DNA of 64,000 nt from Acutalibacteraceae bacterium (GCA_045613045.1 JAZLAF010000013.1:22802-86801); one strand, 5' to 3'; positions 8,873 to 19,701 are shown, numbered from the stretch's first letter. The notes: generated by a model from the letters alone, not told the origin. Translations and numbers: made by a program.

Positions 8873-9889
8873 ATGTTATTTACACAGGATATCGGTATCG
8901 ACCTTGGTACCGCCAACACACTTGTATTCGTTAAGGGCAAGGGTATTGTTATTAAAGAGCCTTCAGTTGTTGCAGTTGACCAGAAGAGCAATCCGCCCAG
9001 AGTTGTTGCAGTAGGCAGCGAGGCAAAGGAAATGATAGGCAGAACTCCCGGTTCAATTATTGCAGTTCGTCCTCTTAAAGACGGTGTTATTGCAGATTTC
9101 GAGATTACCGCAGAGATGATTGCATCATTCATCAAGAGAACAACAAAGCGCACACCTTTCTCAAGAATCAGAGTTCTTATCTGCATTCCCTCGGGTGTTA
9201 CAGAGGTTGAGAGAAAGGCTGTTTATGATGCCGCAAAGGCAGCAAACGCAAAATACGTAAGCCTTATCGAAGAACCCATGGCAGCTGCAATCGGTGCAGG
9301 TCTCCCCGTAAGCGAAGCAACAGGCAGCATGGTTGTTGATATCGGCGGCGGTACTTCCGAAATCGCTGTTATTTCTCTTGGCGGCGTTGTTACCGCAAAT
9401 TCATGCAGAATTGCCGGTGACAATTTCGATGAAGCTATCATTGCTTATATCAAGAAAAAATACAACCTTCTTATCGGTGAAAGAACAGCAGAAGATATCA
9501 AAATCAAAATCGGTTCAGCATATCCTTATGAAGGCGAAGGCACAATGAACATCAAGGGCAGAAACCTTATGGACGGTCTGCCCAAGAACGTTGATATCAC
9601 TTCCGAAGAAATCCGTGAAGCTATGGCTGATACTGTTGCACAGATTGTTGACGCAGTTAAGTCAACCCTTGAAAAGACACCTCCCGAACTTGCCGCTGAT
9701 ATTATTGACCACGGCATTATGCTTACAGGCGGTGGTGCTCTTCTCAGAGGCCTTGATAAGCTTCTCTCCGCAGAAACAAAGATTCCCGTTAACATTGCAA
9801 CCAATCCTCTTGATTGCGTTGCTGACGGTACGGGTCTTTGCCTTGAAAGCGATAACCTCAACGTTATCAGCAACAACAAATATATCTAA
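8873..9889 (+). CDS. mreB: Rod shape-determining protein MreB
   Basis: [40 protein letters not shown]. Confidence 0.97.
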   Translation: MLFTQDIGIDLGTANTLVFVKGKGIVIKEPSVVAVDQKSNPPRVVAVGSEAKEMIGRTPGSIIAVRPLKDGVIADFEITAEMIASFIKRTTKRTPFSRIRVLICIPSGVTEVERKAVYDAAKAANAKYVSLIEEPMAAAIGAGLPVSEATGSMVVDIGGGTSEIAVISLGGVVTANSCRIAGDNFDEAIIAYIKKKYNLLIGERTAEDIKIKIGSAYPYEGEGTMNIKGRNLMDGLPKNVDITSEEIREAMADTVAQIVDAVKSTLEKTPPELAADIIDHGIMLTGGGALLRGLDKLLSAETKIPVNIATNPLDCVADGTGLCLESDNLNVISNNKYI

Positions 9890-9918
9890 AATGAAATTTA
9901 ATTGTAAGGAGTAGTCCG

Positions 9919-10767
9919 ATGATCCGCTTTTTTAAGAGCACGGCATTCAGAATATTTGCGGTTATTGCCGCCGCATTGATAGCAGGCTCAGTGTTTGCTT
10001 TGGCAACAAGAAGCGGCTCATCGCCTCTTACAAGTGCAGTGAGTTTTGTTTTCGGCCCCGTAACAAGGCTCTCTTCATACGTTGCGGCACAGTTTGAGAA
10101 TCTGCCGATTTCATTCAAATCCTCGTCTGCCCTTGCGGCACAAGTCAAGGATCTTGAAAAGCAGGTGGATTCATTAACCGAGCAGCTCGTTGATTATGAG
10201 CAGGCAAAAAACAAAAACAAATTTTATCAGGAGTTCCTCGAGCTTAAAGAGGAACACAGTGACTATGAATTTGCCGAAGCAGCAATTATCGGCAGGGATG
10301 CTGCTGATAACCTCGGCTCATTCACGCTCAATAAAGGTTCACTCCACGGAATCAGTGTAAACGACCCCGTTATTCACGGTGAGTACCTTGTCGGTGTAGT
10401 TGAAAGCGTTACGCCCAACCAGTGTACCGTAAGCACGATTCTTAATCCGAAAGTAAACGTCAGCGCCTATGAGGTCAGAACACGTGACCTCGGTTTCGTT
10501 ACCTCCAGCGTTGAACTTGCGCAGGAAGGTTATTGCCGTATGCCCGGTCTTTCGTCATCAACATCCGTTACGGCAGGCGGTCTTGTCTGCACGTCAGGTG
10601 TCGGCGGTATTTATCCGAGAGATCTGATTATCGGCACGATTGTTGACGTTGTTGACGGCACGGTTGATATTTCTGCGAGTGCAATTATTGAGCCTTCGGT
10701 TGATTTCTCTGAAATTACAGACGTATTTATTATAACTGCTTTTGACGGTCAGGCAGTTGCGGAGTGA
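9919..10767 (+). CDS. mreC: Rod shape-determining protein MreC
   Basis: TM plus coiled coil, FTLNKGS, LVGVV, TSGVGGIYP; follows mreB. Confidence 0.92.
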   Translation: MIRFFKSTAFRIFAVIAAALIAGSVFALATRSGSSPLTSAVSFVFGPVTRLSSYVAAQFENLPISFKSSSALAAQVKDLEKQVDSLTEQLVDYEQAKNKNKFYQEFLELKEEHSDYEFAEAAIIGRDAADNLGSFTLNKGSLHGISVNDPVIHGEYLVGVVESVTPNQCTVSTILNPKVNVSAYEVRTRDLGFVTSSVELAQEGYCRMPGLSSSTSVTAGGLVCTSGVGGIYPRDLIIGTIVDVVDGTVDISASAIIEPSVDFSEITDVFIITAFDGQAVAE

Positions 10768-10774
10768 TTAAGCA

Positions 10775-11293
10775 ATGACACTTGAACCCGAACGCAAAAA
10801 GTTAATATTGCGACGTGGCAGCCTTGCTTTGATTCTGCTTGTGCTGTCGGTATTGCAGAATACCGACGGTTTCTTTCCGCAGATTTTCGGAGTCAGGGCA
10901 TTGTTGCTTATTCCTGCCGTTATCTGCATTGCGATGTTTGAAAGAGATTTGCCAGGAATGCTTTTCGGTCTTTTTGCGGGAGCGTTATGGGATATGAATG
11001 CAGGGGGAGCGAGTTTCAACGCTTTTTATCTGCTTACCGTCGGATTTATCTGCGGCACGCTTATTAACACGATTATGCGAAATAATATTATCACCGCATC
11101 AATTCTTGCGGTGGTATTTACCCCGATTTATATTGTCGGATATTGGTTTTTCCATTATATTGTCGGCGGACTTGATCAGGCAGGATTTATGTTTATCAGA
11201 TATTATCTGCCATCGATATTCTACACCGTTCTTTTATTGCCGCCGATGTTTATTATTGTGAGGAGTATTGAGAAACATTTCTCCGAGGAATAA
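10775..11293 (+). CDS. mreD: Rod shape-determining protein MreD
   Basis: 172-aa polytopic membrane protein with GLFAGALWD motif, directly after mreC. Confidence 0.85.
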   Translation: MTLEPERKKLILRRGSLALILLVLSVLQNTDGFFPQIFGVRALLLIPAVICIAMFERDLPGMLFGLFAGALWDMNAGGASFNAFYLLTVGFICGTLINTIMRNNIITASILAVVFTPIYIVGYWFFHYIVGGLDQAGFMFIRYYLPSIFYTVLLLPPMFIIVRSIEKHFSEE

Positions 11294-11308
11294 ATTTTTT
11301 GAAAGGGG

Positions 11309-13369
11309 ATGCAGACTGTGCATGTTAAACTGACAAAAGGCAGACGACTGGCTTCAGTCTGTATCGTTTTGTTTTTCTTTGCTTTTTTTGCCTTCGACCT
11401 GGTTAAGATTCAGCTTGTTGACGGTGAAAAATATGATGCGGCAAGTACTGCGATTTCCGAAAAAACGGCAACAATATCTGCGGCAAGAGGCGAAATTGTT
11501 GACTGCAACGGAACACCGCTTGTATATAACACTCAAGGCTATACTTTGATTTTTGATGCGGCTTATTTTCCTTCATCGAGCGAAAAAGCGGCACGAAACG
11601 AAATCATTTTAAGCCTTATCAGGTATTTTGAATCAAATTCTCTTGAATGGATCGACATTCTTCCGCTTGTTTTTGACACAAACGGTAATATAGTTTATAA
11701 AGAAGATTCGGATTCACTTATAAAAGAAATGAAAAGCGCAGATATGCTCAAGCTTAACGAATACGCAACTGCGCAAAACTGTTTTGATGCTTTGATTGAA
11801 AAATTTGAGCTTCAGCAGTATACTCCGCAGGATCAGAGGAAAATTGCTTCAGTTTGCTACGGAATGCTGCGAATCTATTTCAAGATCGGCACACCCTACG
11901 TTTTTGCTACCGACGTGCCCGATGAAACAGTTTCAATGGTTAAGGAAAACAGCAATTTCTATAAGGGAGTTGACGTAAGAGTTGACCCCGTCAGAAATTA
12001 TGCCGACGGTACACTTGCTCCGCATATTCTCGGCAGAACGGGTGCGATTAATGCTGAAGAGTATGCCGAAAAGAAATCCGAAGGCTATAAAATTACCGAC
12101 TATATCGGCAAAAGCGGAATCGAATCCGCAATGGAGCAGTATCTCAGGGGTATAGACGGTGTGGAAACTGTTTATACCGACAGCTCGGGCGAAAGAACTT
12201 CGGTTGTTACTGAAGCTCCCGTTCAGGGCAATAACGTTGTTATGACTATCAATGCTCCGCTTCAGAAGGTAACGCAGGATGCTCTTCGCAATGCGTTGCT
12301 TGATTATGCAGGTTCAAAGGGAAATATGGTTGACGACGCAGGTGCGGCGATTGTAATTGATTGCCGCACGGGAGCAATCCTTGCGTGTGCAACCTACCCT
12401 TCGTATGATATTTCAACTTATGCCGAAAATGCCGCATTGCTCAATTCGGCATCGGGTTCACCTCTTTGGAACAGAGCTTTGCTTTCAACCTACGCAACGG
12501 GTTCAACAATGAAACCTTCTGTTGCGATTGCAGCTCTTGAAGAGAGTGCAATCGTTGAGGATACAACTATTTATTGTTCGGGCAGTTATGAATATCTCGG
12601 TCAGCACTTCAAGTGCGAACAGAGCCACGATACGAGACACGTCAACGTTGTTAACGCAATCGATGAATCCTGCAACACGTTTTTCTATGAGGTTGGCAAA
12701 ACAATCGGCATCGAAAAGATGAACGAATACAGAATTCTCTTCGGCCTCGGTTCAAAAACGGGTTGTGAGCTTGGCGAGGCATCGGGTGTGCTTGACAGCC
12801 CTGAATACAGAGCATCTCTCGGCCAGACCTGGCTTCCCGGTTACACCGTTCAGTCGGCTATCGGTCAGGCAGGTAATCTCTTCTCACCCATTCAACTTGC
12901 AAACTATTGCGCCACAATTGCAAATGGCGGCACAAGATATAAAACTCATTTTGTAAAAAGCATAAAGAGCCACGATTATTCACAGACAATCTTTGAAACC
13001 CAGCCCGAAGTTGTTGCAGAAACGGGTATTTCGGCACAGACTCTTGATATCGTTAAACGAGGTATGCTTCAGGTTGGTACAACGGGTTATTGTTCGGAAT
13101 ATTTCAGAGGAGCACCCGTTCAGATTGCTTGTAAAACAGGTACTTCGCAGGAAATCCGTAAAATCGACGGCGAATCCGTTAAAATCAACAACGGTTTCCT
13201 TATAGCTTTTGCGCCTTATGAGAATCCCGAAATCGCAATTGCGGTTGTCGGTGAAGGTATGACATCGGGTGTTTTTGTTGCTCCCGTAGTTAGAGAAATC
13301 TGCGATTATTATTTCGGTCAGAACGGAACGTTTGATGATATGCAGTCAGAGGGTACGTTCATTCCGTAA
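11309..13369 (+). CDS. mrdA: Class B penicillin-binding protein (PBP2/MrdA-like)
   Basis: AARGEIVD dimerisation domain; SxxK (STMK), SxN (SCN), KTG; follows mreD. True start may be GTG at 11318. Confidence 0.85.
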   Translation: MQTVHVKLTKGRRLASVCIVLFFFAFFAFDLVKIQLVDGEKYDAASTAISEKTATISAARGEIVDCNGTPLVYNTQGYTLIFDAAYFPSSSEKAARNEIILSLIRYFESNSLEWIDILPLVFDTNGNIVYKEDSDSLIKEMKSADMLKLNEYATAQNCFDALIEKFELQQYTPQDQRKIASVCYGMLRIYFKIGTPYVFATDVPDETVSMVKENSNFYKGVDVRVDPVRNYADGTLAPHILGRTGAINAEEYAEKKSEGYKITDYIGKSGIESAMEQYLRGIDGVETVYTDSSGERTSVVTEAPVQGNNVVMTINAPLQKVTQDALRNALLDYAGSKGNMVDDAGAAIVIDCRTGAILACATYPSYDISTYAENAALLNSASGSPLWNRALLSTYATGSTMKPSVAIAALEESAIVEDTTIYCSGSYEYLGQHFKCEQSHDTRHVNVVNAIDESCNTFFYEVGKTIGIEKMNEYRILFGLGSKTGCELGEASGVLDSPEYRASLGQTWLPGYTVQSAIGQAGNLFSPIQLANYCATIANGGTRYKTHFVKSIKSHDYSQTIFETQPEVVAETGISAQTLDIVKRGMLQVGTTGYCSEYFRGAPVQIACKTGTSQEIRKIDGESVKINNGFLIAFAPYENPEIAIAVVGEGMTSGVFVAPVVREICDYYFGQNGTFDDMQSEGTFIP

Positions 13370-13409
13370 ATTCCAATAAAGAGAAAATAAGAAAGGAGAA
13401 GCAACGGTT

Positions 13410-14132
13410 ATGGCAGAAATTATTCTTGTTTCATCGGGTAAGGGCGGATCAGGTAAAAGTTCGTTTACCTCGGGCATCAGCAGAGCGTTATCTTTTAACG
13501 GCGCAAAGGTACTTGCTATCGACTGCGATATCGGCTTGCGCTCACTCGACCTGCTTCTCGGATTAAGTGATAAGGTGGTTTTCGACTGGGGAGACGTACT
13601 TCTTGGCAGATGCACTGCAGAGCAGGCGATTGTTGAGGGCGAAACCGATTTGATTGCGGCGCCGCCGAAATTTAACGATGCATTCACTCCCGAAGCGTTT
13701 GCACAGCTTGTAAAATCACTCAAATCAAAATATGACTATATATTTATCGATTCCCCTGCAGGTATTGACAGAGGATTTCAGATTGCTGCGGCAGGTGCGG
13801 AAAAGGCGGTTGTTGTTACAACACCCGACAGTGTTTGTGTGCGAAGCTGCGGCAGAGCATTCGATGAGCTTTATGCAATGGGCATAGCCGACGTGCGTCT
13901 TATCATAAATATGTTTGAAGTCAAGCCGGTCTGTAAAAGGAAGCTTTTGAATATCGATCAGTGCATTGATGAAACAGGTGTGCAGCTTCTCGGAGTTGTG
14001 CCGAGAGACCCGAGTCTCGGATATTGCTCCGTAACGGGAGAAACTCCGGCTGAATTTTCGCCGTCAACACTTGCTTTTTCAAGAATTGCAAAGCGTATGA
14101 CGGGCAAGAGAGTGCCTCTTGTTTGCGAATGA
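13410..14132 (+). CDS. minD: MinD-like ATPase
   Basis: Deviant Walker A SGKGGSGKS, DCDIGLRSLDLLLG, IDSPAG; C-terminal GKRVPL. Confidence 0.8.
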   Translation: MAEIILVSSGKGGSGKSSFTSGISRALSFNGAKVLAIDCDIGLRSLDLLLGLSDKVVFDWGDVLLGRCTAEQAIVEGETDLIAAPPKFNDAFTPEAFAQLVKSLKSKYDYIFIDSPAGIDRGFQIAAAGAEKAVVVTTPDSVCVRSCGRAFDELYAMGIADVRLIINMFEVKPVCKRKLLNIDQCIDETGVQLLGVVPRDPSLGYCSVTGETPAEFSPSTLAFSRIAKRMTGKRVPLVCE

Positions 14133-14144
14133 AAGGAAAAACAT

Positions 14145-15512
14145 ATGAGTAACGGGACAATTGCGGCAATCGCAACTCCGAATGCACCCGGCGGAATTGG
14201 TACGGTGCGAATTTCGGGTGAGAGAGCCGTTGAAATTGCGGCAAAGGTTTTCAGACCCGTCAGCGGAAAAAATCTTTGTGATTTCAAAGGATATACCGCG
14301 GCTTTCGGCGGAGTTTACGATAATGACGAAAAAATTGACGAGGCGGTTTGCCTCGTTTTTCGTGCACCCAAAAGCTACACGGGTGAGGACGTTTGTGAAA
14401 TAAGCTGTCACGGTGGTTTATATATCACAAAAAGAACTCTCCGAGCTGTGCTTGATGCGGGTGCGGAGCCTGCCGAAGCAGGTGAATTCACCAAAAGAGC
14501 GTTTCTTAACGGCAAAATTGACCTTGCAGGCAGTGAAAGCGTTATGGCTCTTATCGGTGCATCGGGTAAGCAGGCGGCATCAGCCGCACTCAATACTCTT
14601 GACGGAAACCTGAGCAAGAAAATCAGAGAGTGTGCCGACGGTATTATCGGTGTTTGCGCTTCTCTTGCCGCTTGGGTAGATTATCCCGATGAGGATATTG
14701 AGGATATTGATGCTTCACAGATGCTTCCCGTTTTTGAAAAAACAAAATCAGAGCTTGAGGATATCGTTCGCCGTTATGATTGCGGAAGAGCTGTTACAGA
14801 CGGTGTTGATACCGTTATTATCGGTAAACCCAACGTTGGTAAATCTACGCTGATGAATATGCTTTCGGGCTATGAGCGTTCAATTGTTACGGATATTGCA
14901 GGCACAACGAGAGATATTGTTGAGGAGCGTATTATGCTCGGCGAAATAATTCTCCGTGTTGCCGATACAGCGGGTATCAGAGAAACCGAAAACGTTGTTG
15001 AGAATATGGGTGTTAACCTTGCAAAGCGTCGCCTTGAAAGAGCAGAGCTTGTTCTTGCTGTTTTTGATACGAGTGTGCCGCTGAATGCAGATGACCTCGA
15101 TATTATCGAGCAGTGCAAAACCAAAAAAAGTGTAGCTATTCTCAATAAAGCTGATTTGCCTGCCGAAGCAGACAGAGCAGCCATAGAAGAGGCTTTCCCG
15201 TTTACGGTTGAGCTTTCAGCATCAACGGGAGCTGGTCGCGACTTGCTTGAACAAGCGGTATCGCAGATAATGATGACAAACGAATTTGACCCTGCGGCGG
15301 CTTGTCTTACGAGCGAAAGACAGAGACAATGCTGCATAAGAGCAATCGGACATATTAACGAAGCTATTTCGGCAATCATCGGTGGAATTACTCTCGATGC
15401 CGTTAACGTATGCGCTGACTGTGCGATTGATGCTCTTCTCGAACTGACGGGTGAAAAGGCAACCTCTGCGGTTGTTGACGAGGTTTTCTCCCGTTTCTGC
15501 GTAGGTAAATAA
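14145..15512 (+). CDS. mnmE: tRNA modification GTPase MnmE
   Basis: TIAAIATP, SYTGEDV, EFTKRAFLNGK, GKPNVGKS, DTAG, NKAD, C-terminal FCVGK. Confidence 0.97.
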   Translation: MSNGTIAAIATPNAPGGIGTVRISGERAVEIAAKVFRPVSGKNLCDFKGYTAAFGGVYDNDEKIDEAVCLVFRAPKSYTGEDVCEISCHGGLYITKRTLRAVLDAGAEPAEAGEFTKRAFLNGKIDLAGSESVMALIGASGKQAASAALNTLDGNLSKKIRECADGIIGVCASLAAWVDYPDEDIEDIDASQMLPVFEKTKSELEDIVRRYDCGRAVTDGVDTVIIGKPNVGKSTLMNMLSGYERSIVTDIAGTTRDIVEERIMLGEIILRVADTAGIRETENVVENMGVNLAKRRLERAELVLAVFDTSVPLNADDLDIIEQCKTKKSVAILNKADLPAEADRAAIEEAFPFTVELSASTGAGRDLLEQAVSQIMMTNEFDPAAACLTSERQRQCCIRAIGHINEAISAIIGGITLDAVNVCADCAIDALLELTGEKATSAVVDEVFSRFCVGK

Positions 15513-15523
15513 TATAATGTATA

Positions 15524-15555
15524 AAAAAGCCTGAGGGATTATCCTCAGGCTTTTT
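15524..15555. terminator. Bidirectional intrinsic terminator
   Basis: AAAAAGCCTGAGG-GATTAT-CCTCAGGCTTTTT between convergent genes. Confidence 0.85.
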
Positions 15556-15559
15556 GTTA

Positions 15560-17209
15560 TTATTGTTGCTGGTGTGCGAGAGCAAATGAATCTTTTCTCT
15601 CCTGAATATAGGGAACGATGATTTCGTAGGAGTGGTTCCATGCTTCTGCTGCGACGCTGCGGTTGAAGGATTTTACACTGTAATTCTTATCAACTATTTT
15701 CTGGAAAGCGGTATCATATGCTTCTGCACCGATTGAACCTATTGCTATATCCACCCAGTCGTAATCATCAGGATTATTGTTAAGGTAATAAATGAAATAT
15801 GAAGCTTCTTCAGTGTTGATTATTGTGTAATCACCGGGCTTTCTATCTGCGGCGAAGAGCCAAACGTTGATGTTATATCCGTAATCGGAGGTTGAAACCG
15901 CTTTGTTATAGGCTATATCATCTTCAACAAGCTTGAGAGCAGCCTCTTTGTTGCCGCCGTTGTCGAGGAATTCCTGCTGAATTTCTTGGGCAAAGCCTTT
16001 GTTCTTTTCAATTTCTGCCTCATCTGCACCGTAGTTGTTGATTGCTTCATAAATTACAACTTGTCGGGAGGTTGATATGAACGGAGGAGTTTCAATGTAA
16101 ACAAGGCAGGGGAAGATTGCACCCTGAACAAGACCGATTTCACCGGGAGTTCGCTTCTCTATAAAAATCCAGTCTGCAACGTCAGGGCCGTAGGTGTTTG
16201 CGATTGCAGAGTAGTCAACCCACCAGCATCTGGTAACGATTGATGCATTATATCCCGCCTGATTGGTCTTTTGGGTTGCGTAATTAAGGAAATCATACTC
16301 TGTTTTGAGCGTTTGTAATTCAGCTTCATCATATTCATATGACTCAATGGGATAGATTCTTGCTTTTACAAGTGTCAGCTCTTTTTCATATTCCTTATAG
16401 AAATCGTCAATCTGACCCTGAGTAACATTAGCCTTGTATTTTTCAAGGTCATCTTCCTGATATGCAGCGGCATAATATCTCATAATTTCATATGTGGCAT
16501 ACATTTCATATGTGATGTGCTCACCCGATCTTTCGCTGAGATACTGCTCAACTGTTTGGTTTTTGCCCTCAGCATAGGTGTTGACGTATTCATATTGGTA
16601 AATAAGGCTCTGGAACTGATTTTCGGTAAGAGCTATACCGTTGGTTGATGCGCCCTCAAAAGCGGCATAGTAAAACTGAAGGTCCTTGATTGTATCGTCG
16701 TTGAATTTATCTGCCCAGGTATAGCCATCCTCTTTGCTGCCGGGGTAATCTTGATTATCGGGAGCGAGGTTATAATCAAAACCTGTGGTGTTTGTCTGTC
16801 CGTTTAAATCAAGAGAAAGGCTTTCTCTTGTTTTTTCGGCACAGATCATATTGTAATAAAACTCATATACGGGTCTTGAAATACTGTGATTGCCGATTTT
16901 AACGGCAACACCGTATTCTTCGCAGGCCTTTGCGTTATCCTTTTCGCCCTGCTCAAGAATTTCTGCAATCTCTTTGGGCATACGCAGATTTCTGTAAATG
17001 ACGTATTCGAAGGTGTCGCCTTCCTGCGCAGGTGAAGCTATCATTTCATATGAAGTGGGTTTAACGGGGCCGCCGTTGTCGATTTTTGATTTTATTGCAG
17101 GTGCAATAACAAAAACAACAAGCAGGATAACAGCAACAGCGCCAGCAACCGAAGCGATTATAATTGGAAGCTTTTTTGAAGACTTTTTCTTTGTTTTTTT
17201 ATTACTCAT
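15560..17209 (-). CDS. Membrane-anchored protein with PrsA/SurA-like architecture and two degenerate parvulin-like repeats
   Basis: Lys-rich N-terminus plus TM; internal repeat ADWIFIEKRTPGEIG / NVWLFAADRKPGDYT. Family call is pattern-based. Confidence 0.5.
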   Translation of the reverse strand: MSNKKTKKKSSKKLPIIIASVAGAVAVILLVVFVIAPAIKSKIDNGGPVKPTSYEMIASPAQEGDTFEYVIYRNLRMPKEIAEILEQGEKDNAKACEEYGVAVKIGNHSISRPVYEFYYNMICAEKTRESLSLDLNGQTNTTGFDYNLAPDNQDYPGSKEDGYTWADKFNDDTIKDLQFYYAAFEGASTNGIALTENQFQSLIYQYEYVNTYAEGKNQTVEQYLSERSGEHITYEMYATYEIMRYYAAAYQEDDLEKYKANVTQGQIDDFYKEYEKELTLVKARIYPIESYEYDEAELQTLKTEYDFLNYATQKTNQAGYNASIVTRCWWVDYSAIANTYGPDVADWIFIEKRTPGEIGLVQGAIFPCLVYIETPPFISTSRQVVIYEAINNYGADEAEIEKNKGFAQEIQQEFLDNGGNKEAALKLVEDDIAYNKAVSTSDYGYNINVWLFAADRKPGDYTIINTEEASYFIYYLNNNPDDYDWVDIAIGSIGAEAYDTAFQKIVDKNYSVKSFNRSVAAEAWNHSYEIIVPYIQERKDSFALAHQQQ

Positions 17210-17230
17210 ATCGGTTCTCCTTTTCGGGAA

Positions 17231-17410
17231 TCAATTTTGCTTTCGGACTATTTTATATTCATCGTACGGTGTGAAGTAAGGACATTCAAACGAGCCGCCT
17301 TGCATAAATCTGTAGAGCTCGTCCTCATCGAGGTTAACGTCGCACTCGTAGCATTCGTATTCTTCGTTGTAATCATAATAGGCACAGTTTTCACAGATAT
17401 TTGAAGCCAT
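17231..17410 (-). CDS. Small Cys-rich acidic protein (DUF6472-like), 59 aa
   Basis: Not in the ORF track. Read by hand: MASNICENCAYYDYNEEYECYECDVNLDEDELYRFMQGGSFECPYFTPYDEYKIVRKQN; GAGGT RBS. Confidence 0.8.
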   Translation of the reverse strand: MASNICENCAYYDYNEEYECYECDVNLDEDELYRFMQGGSFECPYFTPYDEYKIVRKQN

Positions 17411-17420
17411 AAAGCACCTC

Positions 17421-17924
17421 TTAATATTTCGGAATAATAATTTCTTTTTCGGTTTTTTTCACACCGTCCATACCGAGGTCTCGAAGATGTGGGCCGAAGA
17501 AGAGACCGGGAGCTCTTCCCGACGGATAAAGATCAAGCAGGGGAGCCATAACGAAGGCTCGCTCGAGAATTCTCGGATGCGGAAGAGTCAGCTCATAGCT
17601 ATCGCTTTTGAAACCTTCGTAAATAATGAGGTCGAGATCAATGATTCTCGGCTCATTTCTTTTTTTTCGGAATCTGCCCATAGCAGATTCAATGCCAAGG
17701 CATTCGCCCAAAAGAAGGGAAGGGGATGCGTTTGTTTCGACGAGAATTGCGGCATTGAGGTATTTGTCGCTGTCATCATCGCAACCGATGGGTTCGGTTT
17801 CATATACGGACGAAGCTTTTATTATTTTGACTTCCGACAGACGGGCAATCGCTCTGACGGCGGCATTTAAGTTTTCGATTTTATTGCCGAGGTTTGAACC
17901 CAGAGCTATAACAGCTTCACTCAT
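17421..17924 (-). CDS. folK: 2-amino-4-hydroxy-6-hydroxymethyldihydropteridine diphosphokinase
   Basis: VIALGSNLG, SSVYETEP, YLNAA, PRIIDLDLI, LPHPRILERAFV; start at MSEAV (17924). Confidence 0.93.
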   Translation of the reverse strand: MSEAVIALGSNLGNKIENLNAAVRAIARLSEVKIIKASSVYETEPIGCDDDSDKYLNAAILVETNASPSLLLGECLGIESAMGRFRKKRNEPRIIDLDLIIYEGFKSDSYELTLPHPRILERAFVMAPLLDLYPSGRAPGLFFGPHLRDLGMDGVKKTEKEIIIPKY

Positions 17925-18294
17925 TTGGGGTTTCCTCCCGTTTTCTGTTAATTTCAACACCGACCCAATCAAAATCGGCGTCAATGGGAGCAGAGGGTTT
18001 TTTGAGAAGAATGCGAAGAGCAGAAATCTTCTCAAACTCTGCAAAAAGACCGTCGGCAACTCTTTGAGCCGCTTTTTCAACGAGGTCATCTTTCTGCGAG
18101 ATGAAAATATCGGTTATGCGCTCAACCATAAGTGCGTAATTGACCGTATCCTCAACGTTATCTGTTTTGCAGGGCAAAGAAATATCAACGAAAGCATCGA
18201 TATCAAATATAAAATACTGACCGTTTGCTTTTTCTTCGTCAAGCACACCGTGGTAGGCATATATTTTCAGATTTCTTATCAGAATCTTATCCAT
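17917..18294 (-). CDS. folB: Dihydroneopterin aldolase
   Basis: MDKILIRNL, YAYHGVLDEEK, DTVNYA, KPSAPI. Confidence 0.93.
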   Translation of the reverse strand: MDKILIRNLKIYAYHGVLDEEKANGQYFIFDIDAFVDISLPCKTDNVEDTVNYALMVERITDIFISQKDDLVEKAAQRVADGLFAEFEKISALRILLKKPSAPIDADFDWVGVEINRKREETPNE

Positions 18295-18295
18295 T

Positions 18296-19132
18296 TTATA
18301 CTCCTGTTTTTCTGAAAATTGTATCGGCAACTCTTGCACTCTGAACGGCGCCTGCCACGTCGTGAACACGGATTATATCCGCGCCAGAGCCGATGGCAAC
18401 TGTGTGTGCGGCAATTGTTCCCGGGTCACGGAGAGAGCTGTTTTCTTCTCCCGAAGCAATGCCGATGAATCTTTTTCTTGATGCGGCAACAAGCATGGGA
18501 ACACCCTTGAATTTGAGCCACTCGAGGTTGCGCAGGATTTCAAGGTTATCTTCATAAGTCTTGCTGAATCCGAGACCGACGTCAAAGCAAAGCTGTTCTT
18601 TTTGCAAACCGCATTCAGCGGCAAGATTCAATGCGTCGATAAAAGTTTTTCTGATATGGCTGATAACACCGTCGGGATATTCCTGAACCGTGTCGGCACT
18701 GCAAGGGTTATGCATAACAACGTATCCTGCACCGTATTCCTTTGCAAGAGCCGCCATATCGGTGTTGAATTCACCGCTGACGTCGTTGATGATGCTTGCG
18801 CCTTTTTCAAGTGCAGCCTTTGCAACCAAGGGATAGAAGGTATCAACCGAAAGGGGAATATTGAGTTTGCCTTCAAGAATATCAAGTGCAGGGGCAATTC
18901 TTTCAAGCTCCTCCGATGCGGTCAGAAAGGTTGCACCGGGTCGGGTTGAATTTGCACCGAGGTCGATGATATCTGCACCAAGCTCCTGCATACGGAGAGC
19001 ATGGTCGAGTGCATCGGCAGGGGAATTGAATTTACCACCGTCTGAAAATGAGTCAGGGGTGTAATTCAGAACGCCCATAATATACGTCTTTTTTCCGAGA
19101 GGCAGAGAAAAGTTACGTGCTTTGAACATCAC
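18296..19132 (-). CDS. folP: Dihydropteroate synthase
   Basis: [45 protein letters not shown]. Confidence 0.95.
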   Translation of the reverse strand: MMFKARNFSLPLGKKTYIMGVLNYTPDSFSDGGKFNSPADALDHALRMQELGADIIDLGANSTRPGATFLTASEELERIAPALDILEGKLNIPLSVDTFYPLVAKAALEKGASIINDVSGEFNTDMAALAKEYGAGYVVMHNPCSADTVQEYPDGVISHIRKTFIDALNLAAECGLQKEQLCFDVGLGFSKTYEDNLEILRNLEWLKFKGVPMLVAASRKRFIGIASGEENSSLRDPGTIAAHTVAIGSGADIIRVHDVAGAVQSARVADTIFRKTGV

Positions 19133-19695
19133 GGTCTTCCTCCGGTGAGTAATGATATAGCTTCTGCTCTTGTTCTGGGGTCAGAACGCATAATGCCACG
19201 CAGTGCAGAGGTGCGTGTTTCAGCCCCTGAAGCTCTTGCGCCTCTCATTGTCATACAAAGATGTTCTGCTTCAACAACAACCGCAACGCCCTTGGGGTTG
19301 AGATTCTCAAAAAGGAAATCAGCAATCTGTGCTGTAAGACGCTCCTGAAGCTGAGGTCTTTTTGCAAAGCTTTCCGTAATTCTTGCAAGCTTTGATAGAC
19401 CGATAACGTTTCCGTCAGAAGGGATATAAGCAATATGTGCCTTGCCCATAAACGGAATAAGATGATGCTCACACATTGAATAGAGAGGAATATCTCTGAC
19501 GATAACCATTTCTTCGTTGCCCTGCTCGTTGAAGAGCTTGAGGTGACGTGAAGGGTCATCTTCAAGACCCGAGAAAATCTCCTCATACATTCTTGCAACT
19601 CTTGCGGGGGTTTCAACAAGACCCTCTCTGTCAGGATCCTCGCCGATTGCAATCAGAATCTCTCTGACAGCGGCTTCTATTCTGGGTTTATCCAT
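19129..19695 (-). CDS. folE: GTP cyclohydrolase I
   Basis: [37 protein letters not shown]. Confidence 0.96.
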   Translation of the reverse strand: MDKPRIEAAVREILIAIGEDPDREGLVETPARVARMYEEIFSGLEDDPSRHLKLFNEQGNEEMVIVRDIPLYSMCEHHLIPFMGKAHIAYIPSDGNVIGLSKLARITESFAKRPQLQERLTAQIADFLFENLNPKGVAVVVEAEHLCMTMRGARASGAETRTSALRGIMRSDPRTRAEAISLLTGGRP

Positions 19696-19701
19696 AAAAA
19701 A

